From Phoronis australis (taxonomy: Eukaryota > Animalia > Phoronida), in assembly GCA_002633005.1 (NCBI GenBank), contig NMRA01000010.1:923252-987251 (forward strand): a stretch of 64,000 nucleotides of DNA. The letters are read 5' to 3'. Positions 45,001 to 57,900 of this stretch are shown one piece after another. The position numbers were made by a program, and so were the translations under genes. The notes below the pieces were generated by a model, which saw only the letters and a program-made list of their open reading frames with translations, did no database searches and was not told the origin of the DNA. The stretch's first letter is position 1, and every line of letters starts with the position of its first letter.

Positions 45001-48000
45001 TCATTGGTAAAACTCAAAATTGCTTGTCCGTAAAGGGCTGATGTCATCGCAACAAGACGTTACAGACACTCAGTGCCCGCGATTACAGAAACACGAAACA
45101 GGCTTGAGCAGTTTCAGTGGTAGTCTTCCGGGTGAGTGACGAACATTTCTTGTACATATAAGTAATGCCTCCAACGAGTAAGTATAAATAATTTGGTTTT
45201 ATTAATAATTAACTAGTTTTATATAAGTGAAATTGTCGTTATGGAATGTTTTCATTTGTAACATGTAAAGGAAAACTTCGTGTTAAAACTGGAAGACGTA
45301 ACTCAATCGGTGAAATTAAAGTCGAGCCTCCACTGTTCGCCAATTATCATACAATTGTTGAAAGCCTCTTACTCTGTATGGATCCAGTTTCTCACTCTTC
45401 ACACGCGTCATCCCGGAGTTTCTCATTGAACTTTCAATCACCTCAGCGTCCTCGAAGGCCACTGTACCTCGACCACGAGTGTTGTTCTGCAAAACACCCC
45501 AAGGTTTTGATACATGTAATCTGCGCATGCGTCAGAATGACGCCTCACGTGTCTACGTTCATAGCAAGTTGTAACTATTCGGACACAGACTTTGGTTAGC
45601 GGGGACAGAATTTCAACTCCGGTCTTCTACAGACGTGGGAGTTTTTTTAAACACTCCAAACCACCAAAAACGTTGGTACACGTATTGTAACATGGCATTT
45701 ACAGCCCCAATAGGCCGTATACCAGCACCCTGGATTGCACCTTTTAAAACTGAACCTTCTACAGACTCCGCCATAATAAAGTGAACCTTGACCTTAAGCC
45801 TCATTTACACACTGCATAGCGCGTTGAAGCAAAATTACTAAATTTTTTCTCTTATGATTGCCTGCACGGGGTTTGCCACACACCTCTGGCGAGGTGTGTG
45901 AAATTAGTGACGCCGAATTGGGGGCGGATGCAGTGGCAATAGGGTGGAATCAGACATTAGAGCTGCAAGTGGCAAAACAAAAAATTGGCAAAGTCGAATA
46001 AGTTTGTGCTCTTTTTAATAACCTTTACCCTCTGAGAGCTTGAAATTCACGCACCTGTATAATGAAACCCCCATCATCATCGTCGTTCATGTGGTTCCTC
46101 CTTCGATAGAGGTCGCGGAAGAAGGTGAATATTGCGTATGGTCGAGGAACGAGGTTAAAAGGAGCCGGGAGTGTGTTCTCTTCGTTCACGTACGTCATCC
46201 AGAGCTCTGTCCGGGCAAATTTCCATTCAACGTCACTGTCATCCTAATGAAAACGTCCGAAGATATTCATTGTTTTGAGAAACAAGTTATGCAAAAGAGA
46301 CGTAATTTTGAAGGGATCAGTTTCCGAAAATTTGTTTTGGAAGAACAATGAAGAGGATCAAGAAGGACGGTGTGATAATAACTGAGAGAGTTCATTGTAA
46401 TGGACACTACACCATGATCCTGTTTAAGAAAGGTTGGCTTAGGAAAAGCTAGAGGTACCGTAGTCGTGTCAGCTCATTTCTAAGATCTATCGTCCACCTT
46501 TGTTCGCACTTTGCCTATTTGTGGTGAGCAATGCTGCATGACAGCTCTTGAAATTTCGAAAGCCTTTTACGAAACTCCACGAAACAGCTATATCATGTCT
46601 TGACTAAAATTATATTAACACGTCTTCTACAAGACAACTTTACGGCAATATTGAAAGTGATTCTCTGCCACTGAAACAAAATCAAAGCTGCTCAACAGGT
46701 ACTGTACCTTGGGGTTGGTTTGTGAACATTTATAACTTCTGCTGATATCAAAGCATTTTATTTTAGTTTCAAGTTTCAACAAACGATCTGTCAACTGCTC
46801 GCTTCTTCGTCGATATTTCTCTAACAAGGCAAAGCACGCCATCTTATTTGCAATGACAAGACGACAAGACATAAATGTAGCACATTTTCCTCATATGGAA
46901 AATGTGCCCATTTATCAAAAGTGGAAGGGAGATTAGAAACTCTGTGGTAACCAGAAAGTTTTTTCTTCGCGCGTATTTCAAATCGTGAATTTTGTGAGTT
47001 TTTCTTGAATTTCTTCGCAGGGAAAGTGAATTACTCTGTACTAGACGTTGCGAGATGGTACTTTCGTCAGAAATTGTTTAAACAGTTATTTTATTTTTGA
47101 TGAGCTTCCGCGTTCTATGCCTCTTCAAAGAGAGCATTATTTGTAGGACACGCTATTCTCCATACCCCTTAACTGGCGATAAATCTTAAGACTATAACGT
47201 AAAATGTTCAAACGCTGATTAAAATTTAAAGATTGTGTGAATAATTCAATCGTTTGTGATTTGAGCTGCGACAATATCGATTATAGAGCACGCGGTTGAT
47301 GTACCCGTGACACCGGAATCGATTTCACACAATAAAATACTCGTCGTTTCGATGGAGGTATCGTACAACTACAGGATCATTTGAGTGTCATTGGCATGCC
47401 TAAAACTGGGAATACCCGTTGATTAATCGTTATCAGCCCCATTACAAAGTTTCAAAAGAACTGATCTAGATATTCAGTCCTGTGTTTTGAAAAATAACAA
47501 ATGAAGGTAATTGTTTACTCTAAGAGCCCGTGATTCTGAATGTATTAACATATAATTTTGGAAAATCGAACACAGCTTAAATTTTCATTGTGTTAGGAAA
47601 TCTACAGACCAGGTACTTGACACACAGCAGGTGCGTAAGACATTCACTCGCTACAGCAGAAACGTACCCGAGATATTTCTTCGAATCTTGCGTGCTGTCG
47701 CCCAGCCAGAATCTCAACTAATCCAACTTTTACAGTTCGGTTCTCGCATGAGAATAGGACTGTCCCCTAGTACACTGTGACAATCGAATCTCGGTGTGTT
47801 CACTCATAATGCTTCAATCATCCGCCAGGCACATTCGCTGCCTCGTTTTCGTGTTATTGGAATTCCTCATCTTATTTGTTGTCTGATTCTTTGCAAGTTT
47901 TTCTAGGCGGCATTACTCTATTTGTCCTTCCAATGCTAACAAACGTTTACTGGTGTGCTGGGCTGCAACCCTGCCTTGAAAAAGTTTTATATCTGAACAA

Positions 48001-48931
48001 ACACCTGTCGATGCGTGATATGAACTTCTTCGCCTTCTCGACATAAATGAGAGACAAGTAAACGCTTGGCGAGTGAGTAAAGAATTTGAGCGGATTAATT
48101 GTCAATGGAAAAGGCAGAGTTTCCTTTCTTGAAGATACACGTTCAATTCCGATACTTTCGAACGGCTGAAATCGGGAGTATTTCCAAAGCCCTTCGCCGA
48201 TTTCCTGCATGATCTGCGAGAATGTGCCTGATTTCCAAAACGAGTCAGATCACGCGCTTTCTCATCTCCAGGCCAAAGTAGAGTTTTGTCGTCGTGTAAT
48301 CCGGGATAGCGCTATTATGGGAAGTATATCCAGAGCCTCCGGCCACGTATGCAATAAAATTTGCTTGCGTAAGATAAAATGTAGCAAGGCTTGTTGGACA
48401 CATGCCATCCAGTCAAGGGTACTTAGTGTTTTTAGAATTTATCTTTTTGTCAAAGGTTGCAAGGGACATCTTGGCTAAGACTACAATTTCTACCCGCATA
48501 TAATTCATTAACCTGGTTTAGGAAGGTGGTCGTTATACTGTCTGTGATTATGGACAAAGGTCAAGTTTGTGCCAGTTGCAACGTTTTGCTCTTGCAGGAA
48601 CTACAACGTGGCATTTCCAATAATATAGTTACGACCGCCTTAGTTAACGACAACCGCGCGTACAACGCATTCCTGATAAAACGGTTCCCGGGTCTTAAGC
48701 ATTGAAGTAAAACCATCTTACAGTCCTGGTTTAGAAGCAGTACAAGTGTGCGAGCTATCACTAAACTAACTAATTAACTAGCTACTTTATTTACCTAATA
48801 ACTAAGTAACTAACTAACTAAATAATCAACTAAATAACTAACCAACTAGCAAATTACCTAATTTACTAACTAATTGATTGCTGGCACTAACCTAACTAAT
48901 TGACTAACAAACTAACTTACTAAATGATTAT

Positions 48932-48981
<50 letters not shown>

Positions 48982-51900
48982 ACTAACTAACTAATCAATG
49001 AATAAGTGTTGTGCTCACATAAATCTCTTGGAAGGTGTTGCTCATCATTGCGATGAGCATGTTCAGCAGGACTATTACAGCCGCCATGATGTACAGACCG
49101 AACATGACGTATCCAAACACTTCAGTCAGCATAAAGCCTGCATCTTTACTGTAGGATGAGTGAGTAATGTTGTAGTTGCGAGATCGGGCGTCGATGACAG
49201 GCGCGTTGGAGTCGCCCATTCCGAATGTAGCCCAGAACAGACTTCGCACTGTGAGATCGATTCTGTAATAAAAGGTAATAAATCAACAGACAGACGCTTG
49301 ATTGCTGGACGCTGATGTTGCGTGTCGATGTCCATGTTCCTTAAATGAATATATAACAAAGTGGCGATGTCAACATGCCAGTGTTCCACTACCACAACCT
49401 AAGCCCTTGGCTGTGACAATTTTGAGCCTTTAAAAAAGAAATACACATTGAAATGCTTACAACTAAATCATAGGCAGCACACCCTATGGTGCCGCACATG
49501 TGAATGTATTTGTTTTATTTTTAAGCATGCTAAAGGTTTTACTTTAAGGTTCATAAGTTAGAAGCATAACTAATATGCTTGATGGAATATTTTGCGATAT
49601 TCTGTTACAGTAAATTACGAGTAGTTTTAATTCATTGTTTCGCCCGCAGGGCCAAATCACGCAATAAGCGTCGTGAATGTGTGAGGGATGCAAACCAAAA
49701 AGCATCGTGACAGTGGAAGGTTTGAGTTGCAAAAACATCCTCTCTTGTTAAAGGAACATTTATTTTTACGGCCGAAAAACGCATTTTTGATTATGGTTGG
49801 AAAGTATAAGCTTTTCAACTTATTATTCTTGAATAGATATATCACACTCGGCCACAAAATTTGGCTGAGGGTACCATCGGACGGTTCTTTTGAAATCTTA
49901 AGGTTTTGCTTAACTTCATGTCGCCAGCGATTAAAGATTCACCCTCTCGTAACCGAATTGTCGCAAGTTATCAATAGATTGCTGTCACCGTATTTTGACT
50001 AACATATTCTTACGCATTAATGGGAAATGGACTTCCTATAAATTAAACTGATTTACTTTCTAAGAATTGTGAATTTTTTAGTTGTTTGTAACTTAAGTTA
50101 ATGTCAACCTTCTTGAACTATTATTATTATTGCAATTACTGAATGAAATGATAACTATTTTTCACAACTTTCCTTAGCAATTCTTGGTATTAAAACTTCT
50201 TCAATGTTCCAAATGCCTGTTATCTACAAGGACGTAATCGGCGAGAAAAGCTCTTTTCCGAGATCAGCCTCAGCGCGGAATCGACCCTGCAACCCCAGAT
50301 GTCACAGTCTCGCGCTCTGCTAGCGAAGCTAAATCCCACTCGATGAATGGCAGTGTACGTGTACTTGAAAGGGACATAATCACAGAGAAATTAACCTCTT
50401 TAAGTTTTCCAGCTGCGTCTCATGGCGGAATCTTATCTCCAACGCCTGGCGTGCGTTCAGTAACGTTAGGACCTACGCTAGGACCTACGCTAGGACCTAG
50501 CTAAAATCTAGCTAAAATCTAGCTAAAGTCTCGTGTTCTCATTTAAAATACACGACAATATCTCACGCAATCTCGCGAAGTCTTGCTTTTTAGCGAGGTC
50601 TTAGCGTTACTGAACGGGAGGCTGTGGTCGCAGTCTTACCCGATGATGGTGGAGGTAATCTTCGTTCGATAAATGACAGAGTGTCTCAGGCATACTAACC
50701 TGGTAAAGTCACCGGTACTGATTTCAGCAAATTTCTGACAGATAACGGCAAGAATTGGGGATTTGTAATAAAGTCACAAAAAGCAATGGGTATTGTTTTT
50801 TGTAGCTCAGGTGAATGAAGGCTAATAAAAATCTATCCCTTCCAACGATAATTCCAAAAATATGCTTTCGGCTGCGATCGGCTACTTCGGTTTTTGAATC
50901 TTCTGGCAACAACAATTTTCTTCAGCGTATGGGTGGAATTGTAAAAATTCACATTTATTTTCATAGTATATAGCTGAGGGCAAATCGTGTCTTAGATTTT
51001 TCTACTGGCGATCAAATAACGGGATTATGGGATGTGCTTTTAAGCATTTAAAAATGCTTTGTAATTTTTTAATGGATCCCGAAAGTTGACATTCCGTTGT
51101 ATGAGGGAAAACCGAATCATTGATGTAACATTGACCGCCGGGAGGGTGTCGGTTATTTTGTCTGACGCTTGCGTATACAAAGTTTCAATTTTATGTCAAG
51201 GTTATCATCAAGATAAGTTCTACATTAAGTGCGTGAAAGTACATGTATTTCAATTTCACGATGGCGCAATTGTTGTTTTGATGTATTTAACGAAACTCAT
51301 TGAAAACGTCATAGGAGCGTCATCGAAACCACCTGCTCGCCTACTCAAGTTTACATCAAGAGCGTTTAGTGCATGCACAACACAGTTCAATCACAAAACG
51401 TGTTTTCCATGAACTTCTTTACCAAGTTTAAAGCATTTAACAATCACATGTTTTGCAGAATTTTGTTCTGGAATATACTTTCGGTCATCGCAACCCTCTG
51501 GTTTGCAACACCGTGGCAGCAAAGTATGGCCCGGTCGCGTTGAGTGCTGGTCTCCATGCTGCAGTTTGGTTGATGATACGGCACTGGTGAAGCGTGAATA
51601 TCCTCTCACACTTCCAGACTGATATCTGAACCCAGAAAACAAAAATCGCGTCCCCCAAATGCACCCAGCAGACAGGACAAATTAACTGACATTTCACCTT
51701 ACAAGCAGACACAGTCTCCTGAGTGAACCAGCCCAAAGTGATCAACGACCCTGCGATTGCACCAGTTATGTCTCGGGCGCTAACGCCGACATTTTGTTCT
51801 TGTGGGCATGCGCATTATGAATGTGAAGACTGCCACATTATTTGCGCATTAAATGCCCACTTGGGTTTCGTTTCTTGAAACTTTTGGGCATTAAACTAGA

Positions 51901-54900
51901 CCAAAATCGGGATAACTCGGTGAAATGTAATCTGCCTTGTGGGTCCCTTTCGTGGAATTTCTCAAGTTAGACCAAAATTAAGACCCCAACCGGTCTAGGC
52001 TAAGTTCAAAATGTAACCTGCAACGGACTGTATGACCAAAACGTCAAATTGAAGATCGTCTGCTTTCAATTCTAGAACCGGTTAAGCATTGAAAAGACAA
52101 TGCAGTGAGGCGTACTTGCACATCTTTCCAGCCATGCCTGGTTCTCCTCAAGCAAACGAAATCACATTTGTATCCAAAACGTTGAAAATAAAAATCTCAA
52201 TTTAAATTTACAAGACCAACATTACTGTTGAAACCATATTTCGCACATCTTCTTGCTTTGCTTTTTGTAAATTTGCGATAGGTGGCAAAAGCGTAAATGC
52301 TCGCCTATGGCAAAAACCGACACAAAATCGTTCAGTTAAGATCGAATACGGAAAACGGCTTTTGTGCCCATGAAATATTAGGTGCTCTTTTAATCCGTAA
52401 CTTAGCCAGACTTTGGTCTTAACTTAGACAATTTTTGAAACTTAAAAAAAGTTTCATGAGGTGTACCCTGCCTGAATGACTGTACATGTCCATTAGTTAG
52501 TTAGTCCTTAGATACCAAATTTGAATTTCTAAGCCTAGTGCTTTTGCTTTTTACCTGGTGAAATAGCTGTTGTTGCATGGGTGAACTTTATACAAACTAC
52601 TGAGACCACAGAGGAAGGTGAGGAACACGATTAAGAAGACAACGAAGAACTTTTTCCCATCATTCATCATCCTGCCGTAAGAAATCAAGAGAGGACCTAG
52701 AACACAATGATATCCGTATAGCAGTGAACATGATAACAGAAATATGTCTGTGTCCCATTATGATTACTGTCACACGCTTCAAAACATAACTAAAGCTTCA
52801 TTTCGACGTAGCTAAAAGCAAAAATCGAATTAGGCATTTTACTCTTACAAAATCGGTCTCATAATATTTCTTACCGTGATACGATTCAATTTCCGCTACC
52901 AACAATAGCATGGGAGAGGCCAGCGAGTCAAAAAGATGGTTGAGCATTTATTAGGGTTGATCAACCCTAAAGTAAGGAATCGAAAATGGCGCATGCGCAA
53001 GCTGCCTATGACTTAAGTTGCCGGTTCATTCGGCTATATTTCATGATCGGACGAGCGTGTCGATTGGTGTTTTAAATCGGCGAAGCATTCAGGGAAGGAA
53101 TTCAACATTTACAGCTAAACAGTGGAGAAATGCAACTTCAAATAAATTATTTATGAGGCCCAGTAATTGAATCGGCGCCCTGACAAGAATATTAAACCAT
53201 CTCACTCACCTAACTGGTTACTGGCGGGCAGTAGGTAGGCTATTCTTATGAAGCTCATCGTGTTCGCTATGGCGAAGATGATGTCGGCCAGTTGCTGTGG
53301 ATCAGGCATGCCAATCGTCTCCTCTGACAACCACTTTTGTTGGAAGACTGAAATGTGTACGTGTCGCCATTACGTTACGAATTTGCAAACAAATACAGAA
53401 CCAATTTAAAGTATCAATCAGCTTCTCCCTAGCTAACGCCTCCGCCAAAGCGGTTTTTGGTCCTCAGTCAAGGTGTATTACTAAGGAGTAACTAAAGAAA
53501 ATTTTTCAAATGCACACTGTTCCGCGTATACAATAGACATCTAGTGGGAAATAGACGCCATACTAATTGTAATTTACTACACATATTGGAATTTTTTCAA
53601 TTGATCAGGTCACCTGCACCAAGAATGCAAGACGTAAAAACACTCATGAGAAATAAATATTGTAGTATGTTATGTTATGATACCTTAGGAAGAACTCTGT
53701 ACAGTTTTTAAGATCACCAATGACTTTTATTTCTTACAATGAATGAATATTTTTGGTGCATTAGTTAATTTCGCCCCTTCCTTCACATAACGCTAAGGGT
53801 AGTTCCACTCTAAGATCGTCAAACAAAAAAATCTACAAACTCTTCATGGAATAACTCGTGAACAGCAAGGTGAATTTCGATGTTTATGTTTATGTTGGTG
53901 TCTGCAAGCATATATCCGTAGATTCTGACCTGAATGTGAAGCCAGATCGCGGCAATACTTAGTTGGACTTTGGCCAAAACAACTACCTCACCGTGGCATT
54001 GTGGATAACTGAATAATTGGCCAGGTAATATTTGCGGGTCCTGTTTTTATGAGCACGAAGTTATGCTCCATGACAGGTATATCCAAGTAGAAAACCTAAA
54101 CTAGGTAGATAAATGTAGATTGGGTCATTGATAATCTTTACTGTTTGTATACAAAATGTTTAACGGATAGCCTTCTACTTTATATGACTGCATTTTAAAT
54201 GACAACTCAGGTGGCAATATTTGGACAAACATTTAAAACGTCCTAAAACATTCAGCAAACTTTCATTCCATTTCATTTTAGATAACTCTATATCTAAGAA
54301 GGAAAAGATCTGAGTGGAGTCCGGTAAAGATGAGAACTCGCTAGGACCTCGCTAGAAAAGCGACAACTCGCGAGATTACGCAATTCATTGCCTTGTATTT
54401 TCAAAAAGAGCACTTGATTTTTTGTTAGATTTTTCTCGCCACGAGAGAGCTGCTGTGTCGAGTTCTGTAACGCAAGGACCTCGATAAAAAGCAAGACGTC
54501 GCGACATTATGTGAAATATTGCCGCGTGTAATGAGAACACGTGCTTTTGGCTACATTTTAGCGAGGTTGTAGCGTAGGTCCTAGCGTTTGTTACGAAAAC
54601 TTACACTCAGTAGAGCCCATGCTGGGTGAGGGTGAGCAGCCATATTTGTTTTGCTCGAATGTCTGGATGGAGCAGGAGAAGTGTGGATCGCAGTACTGAC
54701 TGGTGGAGAAGGCTTCGTAATAGTCTTTACACATTTGTGCAGACATGACTTCGCTACCAGTGGTGATTTTTAAGTAAGTAAAAACAGACAGGGCCAGCGA
54801 ACACATGTAGGAAGAGATAGTGAACATGTCGATGAAGTTCCACCAGTCTTTCAAGTATCTCCGTATTCCTGAGAAGAACACTTGCTTAACCTCGTATCCT

Positions 54901-57900
54901 AGCATGCCTGCAAATGTCATAGAACATCAACAAAACGGAAGTAGTTTCACCGCTTAAGCCAATTACCGCCCTATTACTGATCTCAACTTGGGGTTTCTGC
55001 ACTCCGGAATTGGCAGAGAGTTATTGCAATGCTCAACAAAATGGCATTGGTCTCAAGCAATAACAACCAGTCAGTTTTTCTCATTCACAAAACCCTTCTA
55101 ATCTGAGAAAGCCAATAGCAGGCATGTGTTCAGTAACGCTATGACCTAGTTAAAATCTAGCTAAAGTCACGTGTTCTCATTTGAAATACACGGCAATATC
55201 TCACGTAATCTCGCGAAGTCTTGTTTTTTAGCGAGGTCCTAGCGTTACTGAACGGGAGGCAGTTCCTTACTACAGTAAGTGGCCATTATCACAAGTTTGC
55301 CATTTTGACAAGAATTAGGCAGGTTTGTAGAATCTTTATTGGACGTCATTTGCAAAGTTTAGAGACCCAAGGTATTGAAAACTGACGGTGGAAGTTCCAG
55401 CGGCTTTTGAAGGCAATAAGGCCACTACCACGTGTAATTTTAATGAGAAAACGTGACGTTAGGATCACTCAGTACGATATTCGTCTTGTTTTGTATTTCA
55501 GACTACCACACGCAAATAATTTGAAATTCAACGGCAACACAGCCATTAAGAAATAGTCGTTGCTTGAACTCCATACGTAGCCACGTTAAATCAAAGATTT
55601 TAAACATCACTGCTGTTTACTACGGTCGATTTTGAATAACGCATGAGATAGAACGTGGCTGCATCGATAGATTTTTGAGTCGTAATTTACGTAATGGGTA
55701 TTTTATTTACAATAGATTCAAACGAACCACTAAGGGCGTTGTGCAAAACAGAACAAGGTAAAGTACGGCTAAGTTTACCAAATTCTGTTAAGCATAACAC
55801 GTTGTCAAGTCAAGGCGGCAATTAACGGATTTTATCGTTTCTCAATACTAGCCTGCCGGCAGATTGTCACGAAAAAAAATTGCAGCACGTCGTTTCCATG
55901 GGGGGAGTGAGTAAGCTACACGTTTACTACATCTACTAAGCATGTTATGCCAGCAAGCGGTGACATACAGTGCTGTTAAGGTTAAGTTACTCCTCCCGGG
56001 TTACACTTACTCATCTGATATCTATACAACGTTCAAACTTACAGCCGCCAAAGTATAATATCCGCGTGAGCATTCGGTCTATAAATACAACTTTCATTTA
56101 GTAACAGGTGAACGCCGTTCGTAATCATGTGTAGATCTAACAGCATGTTTTTTCTATTACTTCAAGTGTGAAACAAAAGTTAGCTGTATCATCTAGTAGA
56201 CCGAGCATTGGATTCAGGAAGGCCCGGTTGTCTTTAATAATGAGCAATAGTTACTGATTTCACAAAAAGATATAAATGTGGTGACACCAGGAGCGGATCC
56301 AGGATTTTTAGTTAGGGGGGAGGGGCATGGCAGAGTATTAGTCAAGATTTTGCCCGTCAGACATTCGCACCCCCATCTGACAAATGTAAACGGGGAGAAT
56401 TTTAGGGGGGTCATGGCCCCCTTGGCCCACTTCTAAATCCGCTACTGGACACATAGTGCAGTTTGCTTTAAGTGAACTGCAAAAGAAGAGTCAGTGAAAC
56501 CGACCTCATTGATAACTGTTTAGGTACATTTCGGCATCTTTACCAAAATTGTTCGAAATGTAAAAGGATCCGCAGTGTTTAATTTCTCTGTCGCTAATGT
56601 CACTATGCGCCGCCATTTTAGTGTCATGAAGCGACGCCTGGTGGTCACAGCTGCATCCCGCTTGGGAACTTCTAACCCAAGTTATAAACCCAGTTGCTGG
56701 ATTTTTTTAATGACGTTATCACCAATCATATCCTGGCGTGTTCTACAATTAATTCGCAAAAGTCACCTTACATGGTACAACCTAGGCTCACCTGCAGCCC
56801 AGCAAAATATGAGCACTTGTACAATGAGGTACCAGAAGGTGTCGTGGGTCACAGTAGAGGCCGCGGAATGGTTGACTTGTTGGCAGGCTATCTGAACCCA
56901 TATCTGACCATATCTTACGGACGCAATGAAAATCCACACGAGAAAGAGGAAGTATGAGATGCTGTGATTGACGAACTTTACGATCGGAGACTCCATCAAT
57001 CTGACTACCTGGAAACATTGACCATTTTAGGGACAACGTGAGACGCCGTAAGCACAAAGGATTGTGGGAAATCGATTAACCAATTGAAGACTATTTGTGG
57101 GTTTGCCCCAACTAAGCTACTATACATTTATTTTACTGTATTCCTGTTGTATACATGTTGTAGGAATGATCTACACAAGAAATTATAAGAGGTATCTGAT
57201 AACCGATAGACTGCGCTGACACGAATTTAGTTGTTGAAGTCATTGTCAGAAATATCGAGCAGACAGTTGCATCTGACATCATCAATTGACACATTCATAT
57301 CCCACAACTTTATGCTCTAGCATGCTTGAAAGGACCATTTACGTTAGTTGATCTTATGCCAGAATAAAGTAACCAAGCTTGGCTAACAGAATGTTGCCTC
57401 CTACAGAAGCTTTGCAAATGCTGGCTACACATATCTCTGTATTCCCTTTAACGTACTCAGGGTATTTTTTCACTGAAAATCTCGTTGGAGACCTTCTAAT
57501 ACTTGTATCTGTATCTTCCGAAATGTTTTCGACAGGAAACTTGAACTGCTCTTGCCGCGAAGAAAAACTCAAGGAACGAGCAATGAGGAGATATGTAGCA
57601 TGTAAATCTAATCACAAAAACTGAATTGGATGAAGTTTTTAATGGTTCTACTACACAGGTTCAGCAGAAGTGCACTTTTCTCGACCTAAATAACTACCAC
57701 TTTGATGTAATGACTTACTTTGGGAGCTGGAGCTACTATAAAAGCTAACACCAGCAAAGGGAAGGCAAGAACTGCTAATGGGACCATCGCCAGATGGAAC
57801 CACCCGCTTCTGTTTCTGAGGAACAGCGCATGCCCGTACCACAGTAGCGACAGCTGGCGTTGTACAACTGCATGTGCGATGAACTGTAAATGTGAGTACA

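Noticed and set aside
50267-50337. Functional tRNA gene
   Set aside because: Stems and T-loop are imperfect; better explained as a SINE head (the same applies to 10904-10977 and ~43690-43760)
50700-50734. Candidate 35-nt TRPC microexon ([12 protein letters not shown]) with AG/GT ends, resembling the SYFTR end of the preceding exon
   Set aside because: 35 nt breaks the frame between the phase-2 donor at 52555 and the phase-2 acceptor at 49262; direct joining already gives a normal pore region, and upstream extension hits a stop
51391-51745. Minus-strand ORFs in a TRPC intron
   Set aside because: No motif recognised and not needed for the channel frame; possibly a repeat remnant
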